Positions 50,030 to 64,000 of a stretch of 64,000 nt of DNA are shown in pieces. A program made the position numbers and the translations under genes. Origin of the DNA: Convolutriloba macropyga (Eukaryota); NCBI RefSeq assembly GCF_964194025.1, contig NC_134473.1, forward strand, positions 62,434,001-62,498,000. The letters run 5' to 3'. A model generated the notes under the pieces. The model did no database searches, was not told where the DNA came from, and saw only the letters and a program-made list of their open reading frames with translations. Positions within the stretch are counted from its first letter, which is position 1; every line of letters starts with the position of its first letter.

Positions 50030-52941
50030 TCATCAATTTGCTGTTTATTTTATTATTTTTTTGCCCGGCAATGGAGATGCATGCTATATCATCTACGTCA
50101 ACACCCCTAGCTTCAGAGGTTGCCGTGAGTACCATCAAGACAAAGAAGTAAGTGCATTGAAAAATGAAATCGAGCTCTTGAAAGCAAAAATTATATTGCA
50201 GGAAAAAGAAATTAGGAAACTAAGGGCAAAGCAAAATAATATTAATGATCGACTAAGAGCGCAGGTGAGATACACGTGAAAACATTCATTGCTGATCGTA
50301 AATCCGCTCTTCAATTTTCGACAAGTTTCTAATATAACCCACGAATCTTTAATAATTTTAAGAATTTCTTTGGGGTCGAAATTACTGCAGACAAACATCG
50401 TAATTTGCAGACAAACAAAATGTCTATGAGAAAAGAAAACAACTCAGAAAACAAGAAAACAGGATAAACAACAAATTCATCTATCTCAATCAGCACTTTC
50501 CAGAGTGTGAAGATCAGGTCAAAAGCGAAGCAAAAAACAAAGCATGATTACTGCAATACACAATTGTGCAGTTTCAGTGCTTTTAGTTGAAAACGGCAAA
50601 ACTTGTCAAAACAACGATACAGAAGACTTGAACACAGTCAATGCTGTAAAACGTAAGAGGCATTTCGGAATATCTTCCAAAAATTTCTCACATGACTTTT
50701 GAATGACTTCTTACAAACTCAGTAGCTGCAGTTGCAAGCTAAAACGTAACTTAAATATTTTTGTTTTGGATTCTTTCATGTACGCAATATGCGAACAACT
50801 CAAAACCGAGGGTAGGACCTTCACGCAAAAGCTTAGTTCGTAACGTGCTGATTGTCCTTTTTCTATTTTTTCCAATTCAATTTCACAAGTTTTTTGCTTT
50901 TTCAAGTTTTTAAAATGTCGGCTTATACACATTAAAAAGGAGACCTCAAAATCATCTAAAACTTTAAAAAACCGTTTCGGCACTCTGCCTGTGACTTCTA
51001 CAGGGTGTTGCCTGTCGGTTATAATTTACGCAACTAATCAGACCGATGAGGAGGAGAGCGAAGAAGCAGCATATATTGATTTGTCGCTGGTGATTTCTGC
51101 AATCAACAAATCGAGAAACAATTACGCACCAACATAGCAGAATAACTGATAGTTTTCTGCAAGAAAAAATAAAGAAGCAGACTGTAAAGGCAGGGAAATG
51201 ATAACGAACAGTATTTCTACGTCAACAATGATATATAAAAGATTCTGTCATGCAAGACAGATCTATTTTGTCTTTCAAGACATTCGATCAATTTCGAAGA
51301 CTTTAGAATAGTTTGAAGTTTACATTAATTGCTCGTCTCTGGAACTGGAAGCGGTTTGTCTGACTGAAACATGGTTCAATCCTAACTACAGCAGTAAGAG
51401 TTTTTGTGGATGGTTATCAAACCATTATATCAAACAATCGTAAAAAGGAGATGATAGTGTTTCATTCTGCTTGAAAAACAACATAATTTGTCGGATTGTT
51501 AATAACCATAAACGAATTTGGTTCAAACACTAACACTTGCCATTGGAAATTTAAATGAAGAAATTTGGTATAAATGTATTTACTTGACGCTATATTGCAC
51601 CAATAAAGCCAATTTCCTTTGGTCAAAAGATATCTCGACAGCCTAACTGTTTATCAAGAAAAAACCAAAAACTTTGTGATGATTTTATTAATAGGTTTTT
51701 AATGAGTAGCAAAAGTGGTGAATGTTTAAAAAAATCTTTTAGCCAGAATTGGTTTCAGGATATCAAATGGTAGAAGTACGTTCGTGCACGCAAATTTTTT
51801 AACGTTTTCATAGACACCAAAGTTAAATCAACATGTTTAACAGATCATCACACAGTTAAAAAATCTTTTGACCTCGATGGCAGTCCACACAAGTGTCTCA
51901 GAGCTCTGAAACGTTGCAGTTGGCAAAACCAAGATAGTAGTATATTAACGGAATGAGTAAAAAGGATCTAACATATCAGTGTGAGCTCAACAAGAAAATC
52001 TTACCGATCAACAAAATCTTCAAAAAATTACGCGAATTGATCACTGACGCAGTAAATAACACTTTCCTTGAATAATATCGTACAAGAAAAAGGGAATCAA
52101 AACTGGAATGACAAGGAAGATAGAGAATTAGTGACAAAAAACGTAGTCTGAGGAAACTGGCAGATACAACTGGATGTCCAGAAATCAATGAGAACTTTGA
52201 AAAAATTTGTAAAAAGTTTAAATCACTCATCTGGTCTAGAAAACAAACTTTTTTAAATGAGAACCTACTTAAAAATCGAATTTACAAGAAAGTAAATATA
52301 TTAAAAAAGACTTTATAAAAACTCAATAATTGAAAAAAAATCAGTACCTGAGAAAGAAGTAAAATACACTATCAACAACTGTAAAAGCAAATCAAGCCTT
52401 GATTGCTATAATTTGCGCTACTTTTTCATTGAAAAAAAGTTTCTGACTGTTTAACAGCTCTTTCACAACTAATGTTTAACTGAAGTATAAAAACTGGACA
52501 ATGAACAGAATATTTGAAAATTGGAAAACTTATAGCGTTCTTCAAAATGAAAATAAAGTGCTTGAGTGGATTATCTTTGATCGTATTCAAAATTATCTAA
52601 ACGCTTTTGAGATTCTCCCAGGTTCGCAATATGGTTTCAGGCACGGGAACAACGCGATTGATGCCATTGCAATTTTAATAGAAGAAAAAAGATCAAATCT
52701 CCCCAGCAACAGTGACAAAACCAAGTGCAGCTTTCTAGACATAAAGGAATCGCTTGATTTTGTCGATCTCAACATCTTTTTGCAAAGTGCTCGCGGCTTA
52801 AAAAACAACATTTTAAAATGATGTGTATCCAAACAATTGCAGTATACATTAATTGGAGATAAAAATTCCAAACTTAAGCCTATAGAACTAGGCAGGCCAC
52901 AGTGTTCAATTCTTGGACCTCTGTTGTTTATTATATATATA

Positions 52942-53005
<64 letters not shown>

Positions 53006-53990
53006 TGAGCGTGGGGAAATTGAATGAGTAGAAAAATGACTGTAATTTTGTATGCCGAGGACACTGTTGGAAAAACTGTTCTGCATCTACAAAAACTTAG
53101 ATAATGTTTATGATTGACTCATTAAAAAAAACAAAATCACACTGAAAACGGAAAAAAGCAACTGCGCTGCGTCAAGAATATAAATAAAAAGTACGAAAAT
53201 TGATAAAAAACAATTTTTCAAATATCTGGGTACCACGATATACAATGAACAGACCACTGAAAGCATGCGTTGACAAAATTTTTGTCGAATTGCTCTATCT
53301 TTTAACGACTGAAAAATCTTTTGAATGAAAATTAGATGATAAAAGCACTTAGAACATACATACAAGCATTACTACAATAAGGAGTCTTTTTATAATGGAA
53401 AAAACAATAACAACATTTAGCGAAATAGACAAAATTGTCAAACGCATCATTCGGCTATTTGTAATTTTCCATCGAAAAAAGTTTGAAAGCACTTACGATG
53501 AAGAGGTAACCAATAGGACTTATTTAGTATCAGAGTTACATGCCAATAAAGTACTGAACGAAACAGTAAAAAACGGTAAGAGGACAATCTAATGCTTCAG
53601 CTATTTCAAGGGATTTCTCAATGCAAAACTGCCTTACAAAAGCAAGCAGTTAATTAAAAACAAGATAACTCTAAGTAAAAATAAATTTCATAGTTTTTCA
53701 ATAATAGTTAGGATAAGGCCGGTCCTAAGTATGCTTCTTGGTTGTGACTATGGAATAATCGAAAAGACTGAAAACATGTCTGCCGCCGAAAACAAGAGCT
53801 TCTGTCTTAAATTCATGGATAATTATATTTTAGGTTTTAATGACATAGTCAGTTATATGCGTTTTAATACAACGGCTAAAAGGTGTTCCTGAAGCGGAAT
53901 TAGGTTTCTTTGCAGGTTTAATAGTGCCTAGACAAACTGTTCTTCCTCTTTTTTTCATTTTGAATCTTTTGAATTAAGATAAACTGAATG
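50030..53990 (+). mobile_element. Near full-length decayed LINE (ORF1, APE, RT) in channel intron 7
   Basis: Coiled-coil ORF1 relic (50140-50330), APE relic LEAVCLTETWF (~51345-51380), and RT relics SQYGFR, FLDIKESLDFVD, GRPQCSILGPLLFIIYI and LYAEDT. Confidence 0.85.
52932..52998. repeat. (TA)n microsatellite inside a LINE RT motif
   Basis: Directly visible. It interrupts LFIIYI...DL. Confidence 0.95.
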
Positions 53991-55467
53991 AGAGATTTGA
54001 AAACGGGCCATTGCCCAAAATTCAGTCATACAATCAAAAATGTGATTGTATATGCAAAAGTAATTGTGAAGATACTTATTGTCTGACGGAAATAGTTTAT
54101 TTTTCTCTTTTGTTTATTTTTGTCTTTTCATGGTGTCAATTAAAGCGCGGTTTATAGCTGGTCTGATATTGTTCTCCTGAACAAAACGGTTATCTAATGA
54201 GACTCTTGCACTTATCTTATAAGATAAACGTCCTCTTGGAGTGTCTTGCAAAACATTTGTATTTACCATGATCCTGCGAGATTGCCGTCGTAGGCAGAAA
54301 ACTTGCAAGATCTTGAATGATAATCGTCAGCGGTGGACTAGTGTAAAATCTTATCAGAATATTTTCCCAAACTTGGAGCATGTGAATTTTGATTAGACAA
54401 AAATAATGGGATGTTTTCCATAAAAATAAATATATATGCAAGTTCCAAAATTGACGGACTTATAAAATGATAAATAATTAGCATCCTCTAAACCAAAAAA
54501 GAGAAGTTCGAGAATCTGCAGTTCCAGAACTAAAAAAATCTATTCGAAAGCTGATTTCCTTGATTTTTCACTTTCATATTAAACGAGCTTTTAAAATTGA
54601 AGTTTTTAAAATTTGATAAAAATTGCGGCATCGGCGTTGAATTATTTTTCACCGGTTTCACCGCATTCACCGCAATTCTAAAAATTTTGGATCTTAGCCT
54701 AATCTGTACTTTTAATCAGTTTAAATTGTATTTTAGCCTAGACATATATTATGCTGCTCTTGCCAAAATATTTGAGAAGTCCTGAAATATTGAAAATTCT
54801 CGAGAGAAACAGGAGAATTATATTTCAGCTAAGCATTTATAACAGTTTCTGATCCTATCATCATAACTTGACTTTTATGGCACCATTATGAGGCAAAATT
54901 TTTGTCAGATTCAAAAAACGGCAGAAATTGCTCATTTATAGCCATATAAGCAAAATGAAATGTACTTTGATACTGAATAAAATAGTGACTCCGAATGGGA
55001 TGGGCCGGCTTAAGTTCTGGGGTCGTTTTAAATCGGTAAGCAACAATGCCACTGGATATTTTCTCCCCAGCTCGCCAGTGCCTTTCAGAGGTGAAAGCTG
55101 TAAAATTTGAGTTCTTTAGCGGTAAGATATTACGAGAATTGCTATTTGAGCGGTTAATTTCTCTTCATCGCATTCACCGCAGTTCTTAATTTTTTGGCAT
55201 TTTTTAGCGTTGACACGTCTCGAGCAACCTTTCGCGTCATATAAAGGTTCGGAGCCCAACCACTGCATAATTTTAATTCAAAGAACAAAGAATGAAATCA
55301 GTTTTTTCAAAGAACTGTTTTTTTCGAGCACCATATTTCAGTAGCCAATTTTGGTCAATTACAAGGTTCTTTTAGGTCGATTTGTAAGAAATTGCATTAT
55401 TATTATCTCCGTTTTTGTTGTTATACTTTATCCCACCAGGTACTATAGTACGTGTATGTGAACGCGC

Positions 55468-55628
55468 CCTAGTCGAGCTTACACGCCTATCTTGTAAGAA
55501 TCTTGCAAGACTTGTACCAAATATAATCTTACAAGAGTCTTTCAAGATTCTTACGAGATCTTGCAAGACAAGCGTTTTTGTAAGATCCATACAACATCTT
55601 AAGAGATAGGCGCGTAAGCTCGACTAGG
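55468..55628. mobile_element. MITE with ~25-bp TIRs and internal TCTTGCAAGA palindromes
   Basis: cctagtcgagcttacacgcctatct ... agataggcgcgtaagctcgactagg. Related TCTTGCAAGA-rich relics at ~46590-46780, ~49650-49800 and ~54200-54340. Confidence 0.85.
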
Positions 55629-55740
55629 TCGTTCATTAATGGTCTCTGTCATAAACGAGGACAAATGATAACCTCAACCTGGGTATACACACAGCTCTCT
55701 GTTGAATTGTGAGTATATGTGAATTGTTTAGACTTTGCAG

Positions 55741-55874
55741 ACGCAGCCCTGATAAAGACAGCAGAGTTAGTACAGCAGAAGATGAAAGAAGAACCAAATC
55801 GTCACTATACTCTCTCTTCCTCATTGGCAGACGATAACAATTCAGACAACCAACTCATGCTCAAACTCAATAAG
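55741..55874 (+). CDS. Cys-loop channel exon 8 (intracellular loop), putative
   Basis: Acceptor gactttgcag|, donor AAG|GTAAAT. Only the phase-1 frame is open (AALIKTAELVQQKMKEEPNRHYTLSSSLADDNNSDNQLMLKLNK), matching exon 7. The M4 exon was not found in the window. Confidence 0.65.
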
Positions 55875-58102
55875 GTAAATATAGTGTAATCATATTAGGT
55901 TCTAATTTAATTTAATATTAATAAGTGAGTAAAAATTCGAGTATAAGTGATGAAAACTCTATAAGGTAAATGCAGTGAACATATAAAACACTTTGGCCGT
56001 TGCGTTGTTCTGTTTTGCCCAACCGTATCATAACCCCCTCCCTCACTCCACCCACCAGATTAGGGGACGGAAACGTTTACGCTTTTGTGACCCTCACGCA
56101 CACGTGTTTATTTTTTTTACTTTTTTACTCAGTAACACACAATAGAATAGCAAGCGGTTTCTCAATACTTGGTACGCCGGAGGGGGGGGGGGTTGGGGCA
56201 AAGTAGAACAGGGCCCTAATTTAGTAATCCTCTCTCATTTTACCTCAAATGAGAAATGAGCTGAAGGCCATAAGGAACAATTTTTTCACAGTACTAGTTT
56301 TAAGCGTCTGAAGAAATTAATGAAAGTTGGCATCTGCTGTTCAAATTCCTTTGAAATAAAATTTGTGCAGCATTTTTTATTCATAGATACTTGTAATGAT
56401 CAGTAGGCTGTTTGTTAAAATGAGAAATTTATATTATTTAACCAAACAATTGCTCAATACAAGTGGAATAAATAGTAGACCAACAGAAGCTCTTTTTGAC
56501 TAGCTACGAGGATAAGAAAATTGAAAAAAAAACTAAAGCTAAAACTTCATATTTAATCAACTAGTTCTTCCGGCTACATATCTTAAATAATAAAAAAGAA
56601 TAAAGTTTGAAAATTGAAGTAGATTTATCCTACTTATCCCCAAAGCTCAAAACTTACTAAAAAAATAGAAGAAATGATACACACATATAAATAATTCTAA
56701 AGTCCTAATTGAATTATTTAATGGATGAAAGTCTGAATGGTATTTCGTGCAGGTGCTTTTAGTTAGTAATATAAAAAGTTGATTTTCAAATAATTTATTT
56801 TAGCATTTGATAATGATGATTCAAACATAGCTACATAAAAACTTTTATTCAATTTCTTTTTGTAAATTCAAATTATGTAAACTGATGATATTATAAAACA
56901 GAATTGTTAACTAAAAATGAACAAGGAGGCTCGGTAATGTGCGCTCGCACATTAAGTTCACACCCCGCTCGTCTACATTTTTCTTCTAATTGTCTACCAA
57001 ATGAGGAAGAGATAAAAAAAAAATTAACATATCAACAAATCGTTCAACAAACTACTAAAAGAATAAAACAATCTACTCTAGAGGGCCTATGAGACCTGTG
57101 GCTACCGTAATATGACTACCAGAAAAGACGGCAATACAAATCAAATAGTTACAAATATTAATTACGACCAAAACTCCTTGTCCATTTTTTGAAAACCACT
57201 AATAACCAAATCAAAATGGCATCATACTAAGAAGATTAACCGGTAATTTTTGGAACAAAGATGGGATTTTTCCTCAATGCGACTTGGCAACAAGTCGCCT
57301 AGAAATGAGCAAAAGCGTCAAAAGTTTATTAAAACATTGCTTTTTTTTTTAAAAAAAAAATGAACTAAATTCGAACTGATTAGAAACATTACGCATCAAA
57401 TGAAATCATTGAGAGGATCTTTTATATCTCAATAGAGAGCGATTGAGGCCCTTCATTATCCAGGAAAAGTCATACAACTACAAAAAGAACGACAAATACA
57501 GGCAATAACAAAAATTTTGCACGAAAACGATGTCCCCCCAATCAATTAAATATTAAGCTGATCACTAAAAACAATGAAAATCTTCGTTTGAAATTTTTGC
57601 AGGTAACAACATTTGTATGTCAAATGATGCCCATTATAGTCATACTGTGAAAAGAAATCAAAAACCTACAAAAAAGGGGCAAGTTTGCAAAAATCTCGAA
57701 AATTGGTGTTTATGAAAACTGGTTGTTCCAAGAAGAAAGACCATTTGAGGAAAATAAAACCGCTATGAAGAGCAAATTGTATCTCAAAATAAAAATGATT
57801 TGAATTGTATATAGACATGCTTAGCTGCAAATTAACAGAAATAAAATTGGCAAACCTCAATAATCTATCTCTTTTTTTATTAAAAACAAATATTTTCGAA
57901 ATTCATAGCCAACAAAAGCTTTCGATTAAAAGAGTAGACAGTTTGTCCTGCAACTAGTTGGAAAACTAATTGCGACTAATATTAATGTGACTAAATCATA
58001 AGACTATAAAATAACATCAAATACAAGCTGAACTAATAAGTTTCACAAACAACTTTACGAAACCACAGTTTTGAACCATTAAATTTTACCGCGCTTAAAC
58101 AT

Positions 58103-61100
58103 AAGATATGAACAGCGAGAATATAACATCTTCATTTGCGTCTCGTTTAATCATCATAACATCTTTTTGCAAAACGACTATCACAAAATGACTGCAAAAA
58201 GAACCACAAACACTGAAAAGTATCTAAACTTCACAAAATTCTTCTGAAACAAATTGTCTAAGCCCTGAAGACATCATTTAGGAAGTTTAAACAACAGAAA
58301 AACTATTGATTGAATGAACAAAACATTAAAAGGAGCTCTTAATATTGAGGCTAATTTACGAATATGATACAACATTGTAAAATACGAAAAAAAAACGCCA
58401 ACCAGAACAAAAAGGGATAAGTTGAAGTTTACAATTACTCTTTTTAGAAATATAATTCGGAAGTCAAAACAGCCTTTAGTTTTTTACCGATATCAGTTAT
58501 TTAAGTTCACGTGTTTATCTAGAGTTGGCCACTGAGCCGTTTAATTACACAATTTTTGGCATATGACCACAAAAATTAACAACAAAGAAAGGGCAAAAAT
58601 AAAAAACTGTACCAATTTCCCCAAGAGATCGGTGTCGCAGCCCCTCAAACCATATGTTATGAAAACAAAAATTAATTTCAATTTCAAATGTTGTAAAGTT
58701 TTTTTCAGTTAGATTGTTAAATAATGTGACAATATACAAAAACAAAAACAACAGCATATATGGTCTATTATGCACAAAAATCAGGAAATTTTTGTATAAA
58801 AACTCGTAGTAACAAAAGCAAGAAAACCTTCTGTTAAAACAATCGGCCGCAAAATTAGTTTTTGTTCTATGAGGAGGAAGGGTTGACCTGTACTTACTGA
58901 GAAAAAGCAAAATGTTGACTAAAATAATATAAAAAATTGGCAAGTTCAAAAAATGACTGAGATTTCCTTAAAACAAATACATTCAATAACATAAGAGACA
59001 TTAGGTAACGACCGAATGAAGAGAAAAGGTTAAATTGCACCTCTAGGAGAAGAAATTTAGATCTTTGAGTGGTTAAACTTAAAAATCAGACTGCCAAAAG
59101 AATAACAATTGAAGGCAAAAGATAAGAATTCACTTAAACTTTACTAAAACTCTCCCTCAAAGCCAGAGAAACCCCTTGATTCTCTGAAAACAAGCTGTAT
59201 CTACAATTGGCTCCAAATTTACGTGAATTGGAGCTGTCATTAACGGAGCCGTGAATAAAATTATTGTCAGTAGTTTGAACTAAAAAAAAGCAAAATATTT
59301 AAAAAAAAAGACAGCATCAAAATAAAAACCAAAAAGTCTCTGATTCTTTGTGTCCAAGATATTATCAAAACCTCTCCCTGATTTTGTCGCGCGCCCAGCA
59401 AACCGAACAAGTGTTCCAATTATTTGCTAATTAGACCAATTGTTGAGAGTTGAATTCTTCAAATATTGAAAAAGAAGATGCATTTTGTATAATTATTGAG
59501 TTAAATCTGCAAAAAAAACGGCAAAGTTTTAATTCCCGAAGACTTTAACACGGCGCCTAATTGCAACTAGACATTTTTTGTGTTAAAGTTTCCAGGTCAC
59601 TAAGTGTGGCAAACTTTAACAAAGTTGACCAAAAAGCATGTTTTGTGCCATTTTGATGAAAAAAGTTTGAATTTTAAAAATTTTATCATAATTTTTTTGT
59701 CAAAAAAACTCAAATCAACCAATTAAGCAACGCCCTTTTGTACCTAACGTTAACAACAAAACTCTGCCGTTAAAAATTTTAACATATTCCGAATTAAATT
59801 AGCGAAATTTTGCCAAATTTTAGCAAAAATTACTGAAAATGTGAACGAAAACAGTCAAATGTTCACATAATTTAAACCTCGATAACTCGCTGTAAGAAAC
59901 TAAAATCGAAAAAATCTCTTCAATTCCGTATTTTACGCTGGTTGGGGCATTTTAATGATACCACTCACAATTCTCCACGAAGAATATATCGGTCGGCCAA
60001 AATTGATTGAACAAAAAAACACAGTTGAGTATATAGTTCCTCCCTCACCACTAAAATGGGGTTCGGAACAAAAACGAAAACTACACAAATAATTGGACTT
60101 GACAGCAAATTAAATCCAGAAATTGAAATCCACTGAGTTCATTGCGTCGGTTGAAGATCTTATTTTTCATCTTTTAGTTGTCAACTGAACTTCAAAATGT
60201 CTAAAAACTAATACATAATCAATAACAGTTTTTAATCTTTAATGCAACAATTTGCGGCTTTTTTTTTGACCGGGTTTGTAAACAATAGCTTTGCAATTTT
60301 TTATTGTTTTCTCGTTTTATCAATCGTAATTACAAACGCCGCTGTCTCTGTTGAATTATATGTTGTGAAAAATGGTAGTAAGTTTGTTTTCAATTCCCTT
60401 GATTTAAATTATTTCGAATTGGCTCAACATCTACATAGTTTTTAGTTATACGACGAATTTAAATTAGAGATATCTTTTCTGACACTTAATTTTCTTAAAT
60501 CCAAAATAATTCAAAAATTTTTTTATTTACCACCTCATGCAAATTTCACAACTGTAGCCAAATATCAGTCATATGCAAGCCAGTCCGAATGAATCAATTC
60601 ACCTAGAATCATCTGTAATTTCAAAAATTAATATGAATCACATTTCATTGTTAGTTTTAATACATATAATTGGGTCCAACCGGAGCATTTTCCACAACAT
60701 TTACTCTTGTCATTCAGTAAACTCTCTGTTGTACAATGAAACCAGCGTTATCTTTCTTTTCTATTATTCCGTACCTTATTTACCATTTCGTTTGCCAATT
60801 TCCATTTAAAGTTCTAGTTCAATTTATCTTCTATTCAACATTTGTTTATGCTTGTGATGTTTCATTCATACTTTTTCATTCCTTAATAAATTCCATGTTA
60901 TGTCCGTTCCTACTTCTGTTCTTTCCGTGATATCAGCATTTTGAAATTGTTCACACTCAATAATGTTGGCTGTCTAATCTCGGAACTGCTGCAAAATTAG
61001 CCAGTCACGTTAGAACTGTCATAGTAATCATTTATAACTTTTTCTTCCAAATCACGCCAAGCAAAGACAACCTGCTATGAAATCTAGCTCACAACGAGCC

Positions 61101-61214
61101 TTTGGAATTACAATCAAATAATAACCGCCCCACAATTCAAGCGCTCCGCGAATCAGCACTGTGCCAATTCAATCCAGCATTCGCAAAATTAATAAGCTTG
61201 ATTCGCTCCTCGAG
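58103..61214. repeat. Recent tandem duplication, copy 1 (~3.17 kb period)
   Basis: Sequence from aagatatgaacagcgagaatataac at 58103 recurs at 61275. Paired ORFs are offset by 3171 nt. Only scattered substitutions. Confidence 0.97.
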
Positions 61215-61274
61215 AATATAACTCGAGGAGCGAATCAAGCTGGAGCGAATCATAGCTTGATTCGCTCCTCGAGA

Positions 61275-64000
61275 AAGATATGAACAGCGAGAATATAACA
61301 TCTTCATTTGCGTCTCGTTTAATCATCATAACATCTTTTTGCAAAACGACTATCACAAAATGACTGCAAAAAGAACCACAAACACTGAAAAGTATCTAAA
61401 CATCACAAAATTCTTCTGAAACAAATTGTCTAAGCCCTGAAGACATCATTTAGGAAGTTTAAACAACAGAAAAACTATTGATTGAATGAACAAAACATTA
61501 AAAGGAGCTCTTAATATTGAGGCTAATTTACGAATATGATACAACATTGTAAAATACGAAAAAAAACGCCAACCAGAACAAAAAGGGATAAGTTGAAGTT
61601 TACAATTACTCTTTTTAGAAATATAATTCGGAAGTCAAAACAGCCTTTAGTTTTTTACCGATATCAGTTATTTAAGTTCACGTGTTTATCTAGAGTTGGC
61701 CACTGAGCCGTTTAATTACACAATTTTTGGCATATGACCACAAAAATTAACAACAAAGAAAGGGCAAAAATAAAAAACTGTACCAATTTCCCCAAGAGAT
61801 CGGTGTCGCAGCCCCTCAAACCATATGTTATGAAAACAAAAATTAATTTCAATTTCAAATGTTGTAAAGTTTTTTTCAGTTAGATTGTTAAATAATGTGA
61901 CAATATACAAAAACAAAAACAACAGCATATATGGTCTATTATGCACAAAAATCAGGAAATTTTTGTATAAAAACTCGTAGTAACAAAAGCAAGAAAACCT
62001 TCTGTTAAAACAATCGGCCGCAAAATTAGTTTTTGTTCTATGAGGAGGAAGGGTTGACCTGCACTTACTGAGAAAAAGCAAAATGTTGACTAAAATAATA
62101 TAAAAAATTGGCAAGTTCAAAAAATGACTGAGATTTCCTTAAAACAAATACATTCAATAACATAAGAGACATTAGGTAACGACCGAATGAAGAGAAAAGG
62201 TTAAATTGCACCTCTAGGAGAAGAAATTTAGATCTTTGAGTGGTTAAACTTAAAAATCAGACTGCCAAAAGAATAACAATTGAAGGCAAAAGATAAGAAT
62301 TCACTTAAACTTTACTAAAACTCTCCCTCAAAGCCAGAAAAACCCCTTGATTCTCTGAAAACAAGCTGTATCTACATTTGGCTCCAAATTTACGTGAATT
62401 GGAGCTGTCATTAACGGAGCCGTGAATAAAATTATTGTCAGTAGTTTGAACTAAAAAAAAGCAAAATATTTAAAAAAAAAAGACAGCATCAAAATAAAAA
62501 CCAAAAAGTCTCTGATTCTATGTGTCCAAGATATTATCAAAACCTCTCCCTGATTTTGTCGCGCGCCCAGCAAACCGAACAAGTGTTCCAATTATTTGCT
62601 AATTAGACCAATTGTTGAGAGTTGAATTCTTCAAATATTGAAAAAGAAGATGCATTTTGTATAATTATTGAGTTAAATCTGCAAAAAAACGGCAAAGTTT
62701 TAATTCCCGAAGACTTTAACACGGCGCCTAATTGCAACTAGACATTTTTTGTGTTAAAGTTTCCAGGTCACTAAGTGTGGCAAACTTTAACAAAGTTGAC
62801 CAAAAAGCATGTTTTGTGCCATTTTGATGAAAAAAGTTTGAATTTTAAAAATTTTATCATAATTTTTTTGTCAAAAAAACTCAAATCAACCAATTAAGCA
62901 ACGCCCTTTTGTACCTAACGTTAACAACAAAACTCTGCCGTTAAAAATTTTAACATATTCCGAATTAAATTAGCGAAATTTTGCCAAATTTTAGCAAAAA
63001 TTACTGAAAATGTGAACGAAAACAGTCAAATGTTCACATAATTTAAACCTCGATAACTCGCTGTAAGAAACTAAAATCGAAAAAATCTCTTCAATTCCGT
63101 ATTTTACGCTGGTTGGGGCATTTTAATGATACCACTCACAATTCTCCACGAAGAATATATCGGTCGGCCAAAATTGATTGAACAAAAAAACACAGTTGAG
63201 TATATAGTTCCTCCCTCACCACTAAAATGGGGTTCGGAACAAAAACGAAAACTACACAAATAATTGGACTTGACAGCAAATTAAATCCAGAAATTGAAAT
63301 CCACTGAGTTCATTGCGTCGGTTGAAGATCTTATTTTTCATCTTTTAGTTGTCAACTGAACTTCAAAATGTCTAAAAACTAATACATAATCAATAACAGT
63401 TTTTAATCTTTAATGCAACAATTTGCGGCTTTTTTTTTGACCGGGTTTGTAAACAATAGCTTTGCAATTTTTTATTGTTTTCTCATTTTATCAATCGTAA
63501 TTACAAACGCCGCTGTCTCTGTTGAATTATATGTTGTGAAAAATGGTAGTAAGTTTGTTTTCAATTCCCTTGATTTAAATTATTTCGAATTGGCTCAACA
63601 TCTACATAGTTTTTAGTTATACGACGAATTTAAATTAGAGATATCTTTTCTGACACTTAATTTTCTTAAATCCAAAATAATTCAACAATTTTTTTATTTA
63701 CCACCTCATGCAAATTTCACAACTGTAGCCAAATATCAGTCATATGCAAGCCAGTCCGAATGAATCAATTCACCTAGAATCATCTGTAATTTCAAAAATT
63801 AATATGAATCACATTTCATTGTTAGTTTTAATACATATAATTGGGTCCAACCGGAGCATTTTCCACAACATTTACTCTTGTCATTCAGTAAACTCTCTGT
63901 TGTACAATGAAACCAGCGTTATCTTTCTTTTCTATTGTTCCGTACCTAATTTACCATTTCGTTTGCCAATTTCCATTTAAAGTTCTAGTTCAATTTATTT
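61275..64000. repeat. Recent tandem duplication, copy 2 (runs off the window)
   Basis: Near-identical to 58103-60830. Confidence 0.97.

Noticed and set aside
58545-62120. Duplicated 134-aa ORFs (58545-58949 and 61716-62120) and the paired short ORFs as genes
   Set aside because: The 134-aa ORFs have non-ATG starts. All are low-complexity F/L/I-rich translations of AT-rich DNA, identical only because of the recent duplication.

Overview
AT-rich, intron-rich eukaryotic (invertebrate metazoan-like) genomic DNA dominated by decayed transposons. Three host genes can be rebuilt from splice sites and reading phase. (1) A RUS1/DUF647-family gene (RUSF1/C16orf58-like) on the minus strand: six phase-compatible exons from 22516 to 3230, with the last exon not located. 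(2) ZNF706 with an intronless CDS (25011-25235, minus), 2.5 kb upstream of RUSF1 on the same strand. (3) A nicotinic-type Cys-loop (pentameric ligand-gated) channel subunit on the plus strand: eight phase-compatible exons from 39087 to 55874, with the M4 exon presumably beyond the window. It has a cation-selective GEK motif but a degenerate acetylcholine pocket. Introns and intergenic DNA hold CR1-type and other LINE relics, several MITE/foldback elements, microsatellites and two multi-kb tandem duplications. Best leads: a Penelope-like retroelement with a PHD finger embedded inside its reverse-transcriptase palm and a hammerhead-like motif at its 3' end; the ZNF706/RUSF1 arrangement (shared leader exon or trans-spliced operon); the orphan ligand pocket of the channel; and a templated-insertion junction in a very recent 3.17 kb duplication. 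All translations and alignments were done by eye, and no database searches were run.
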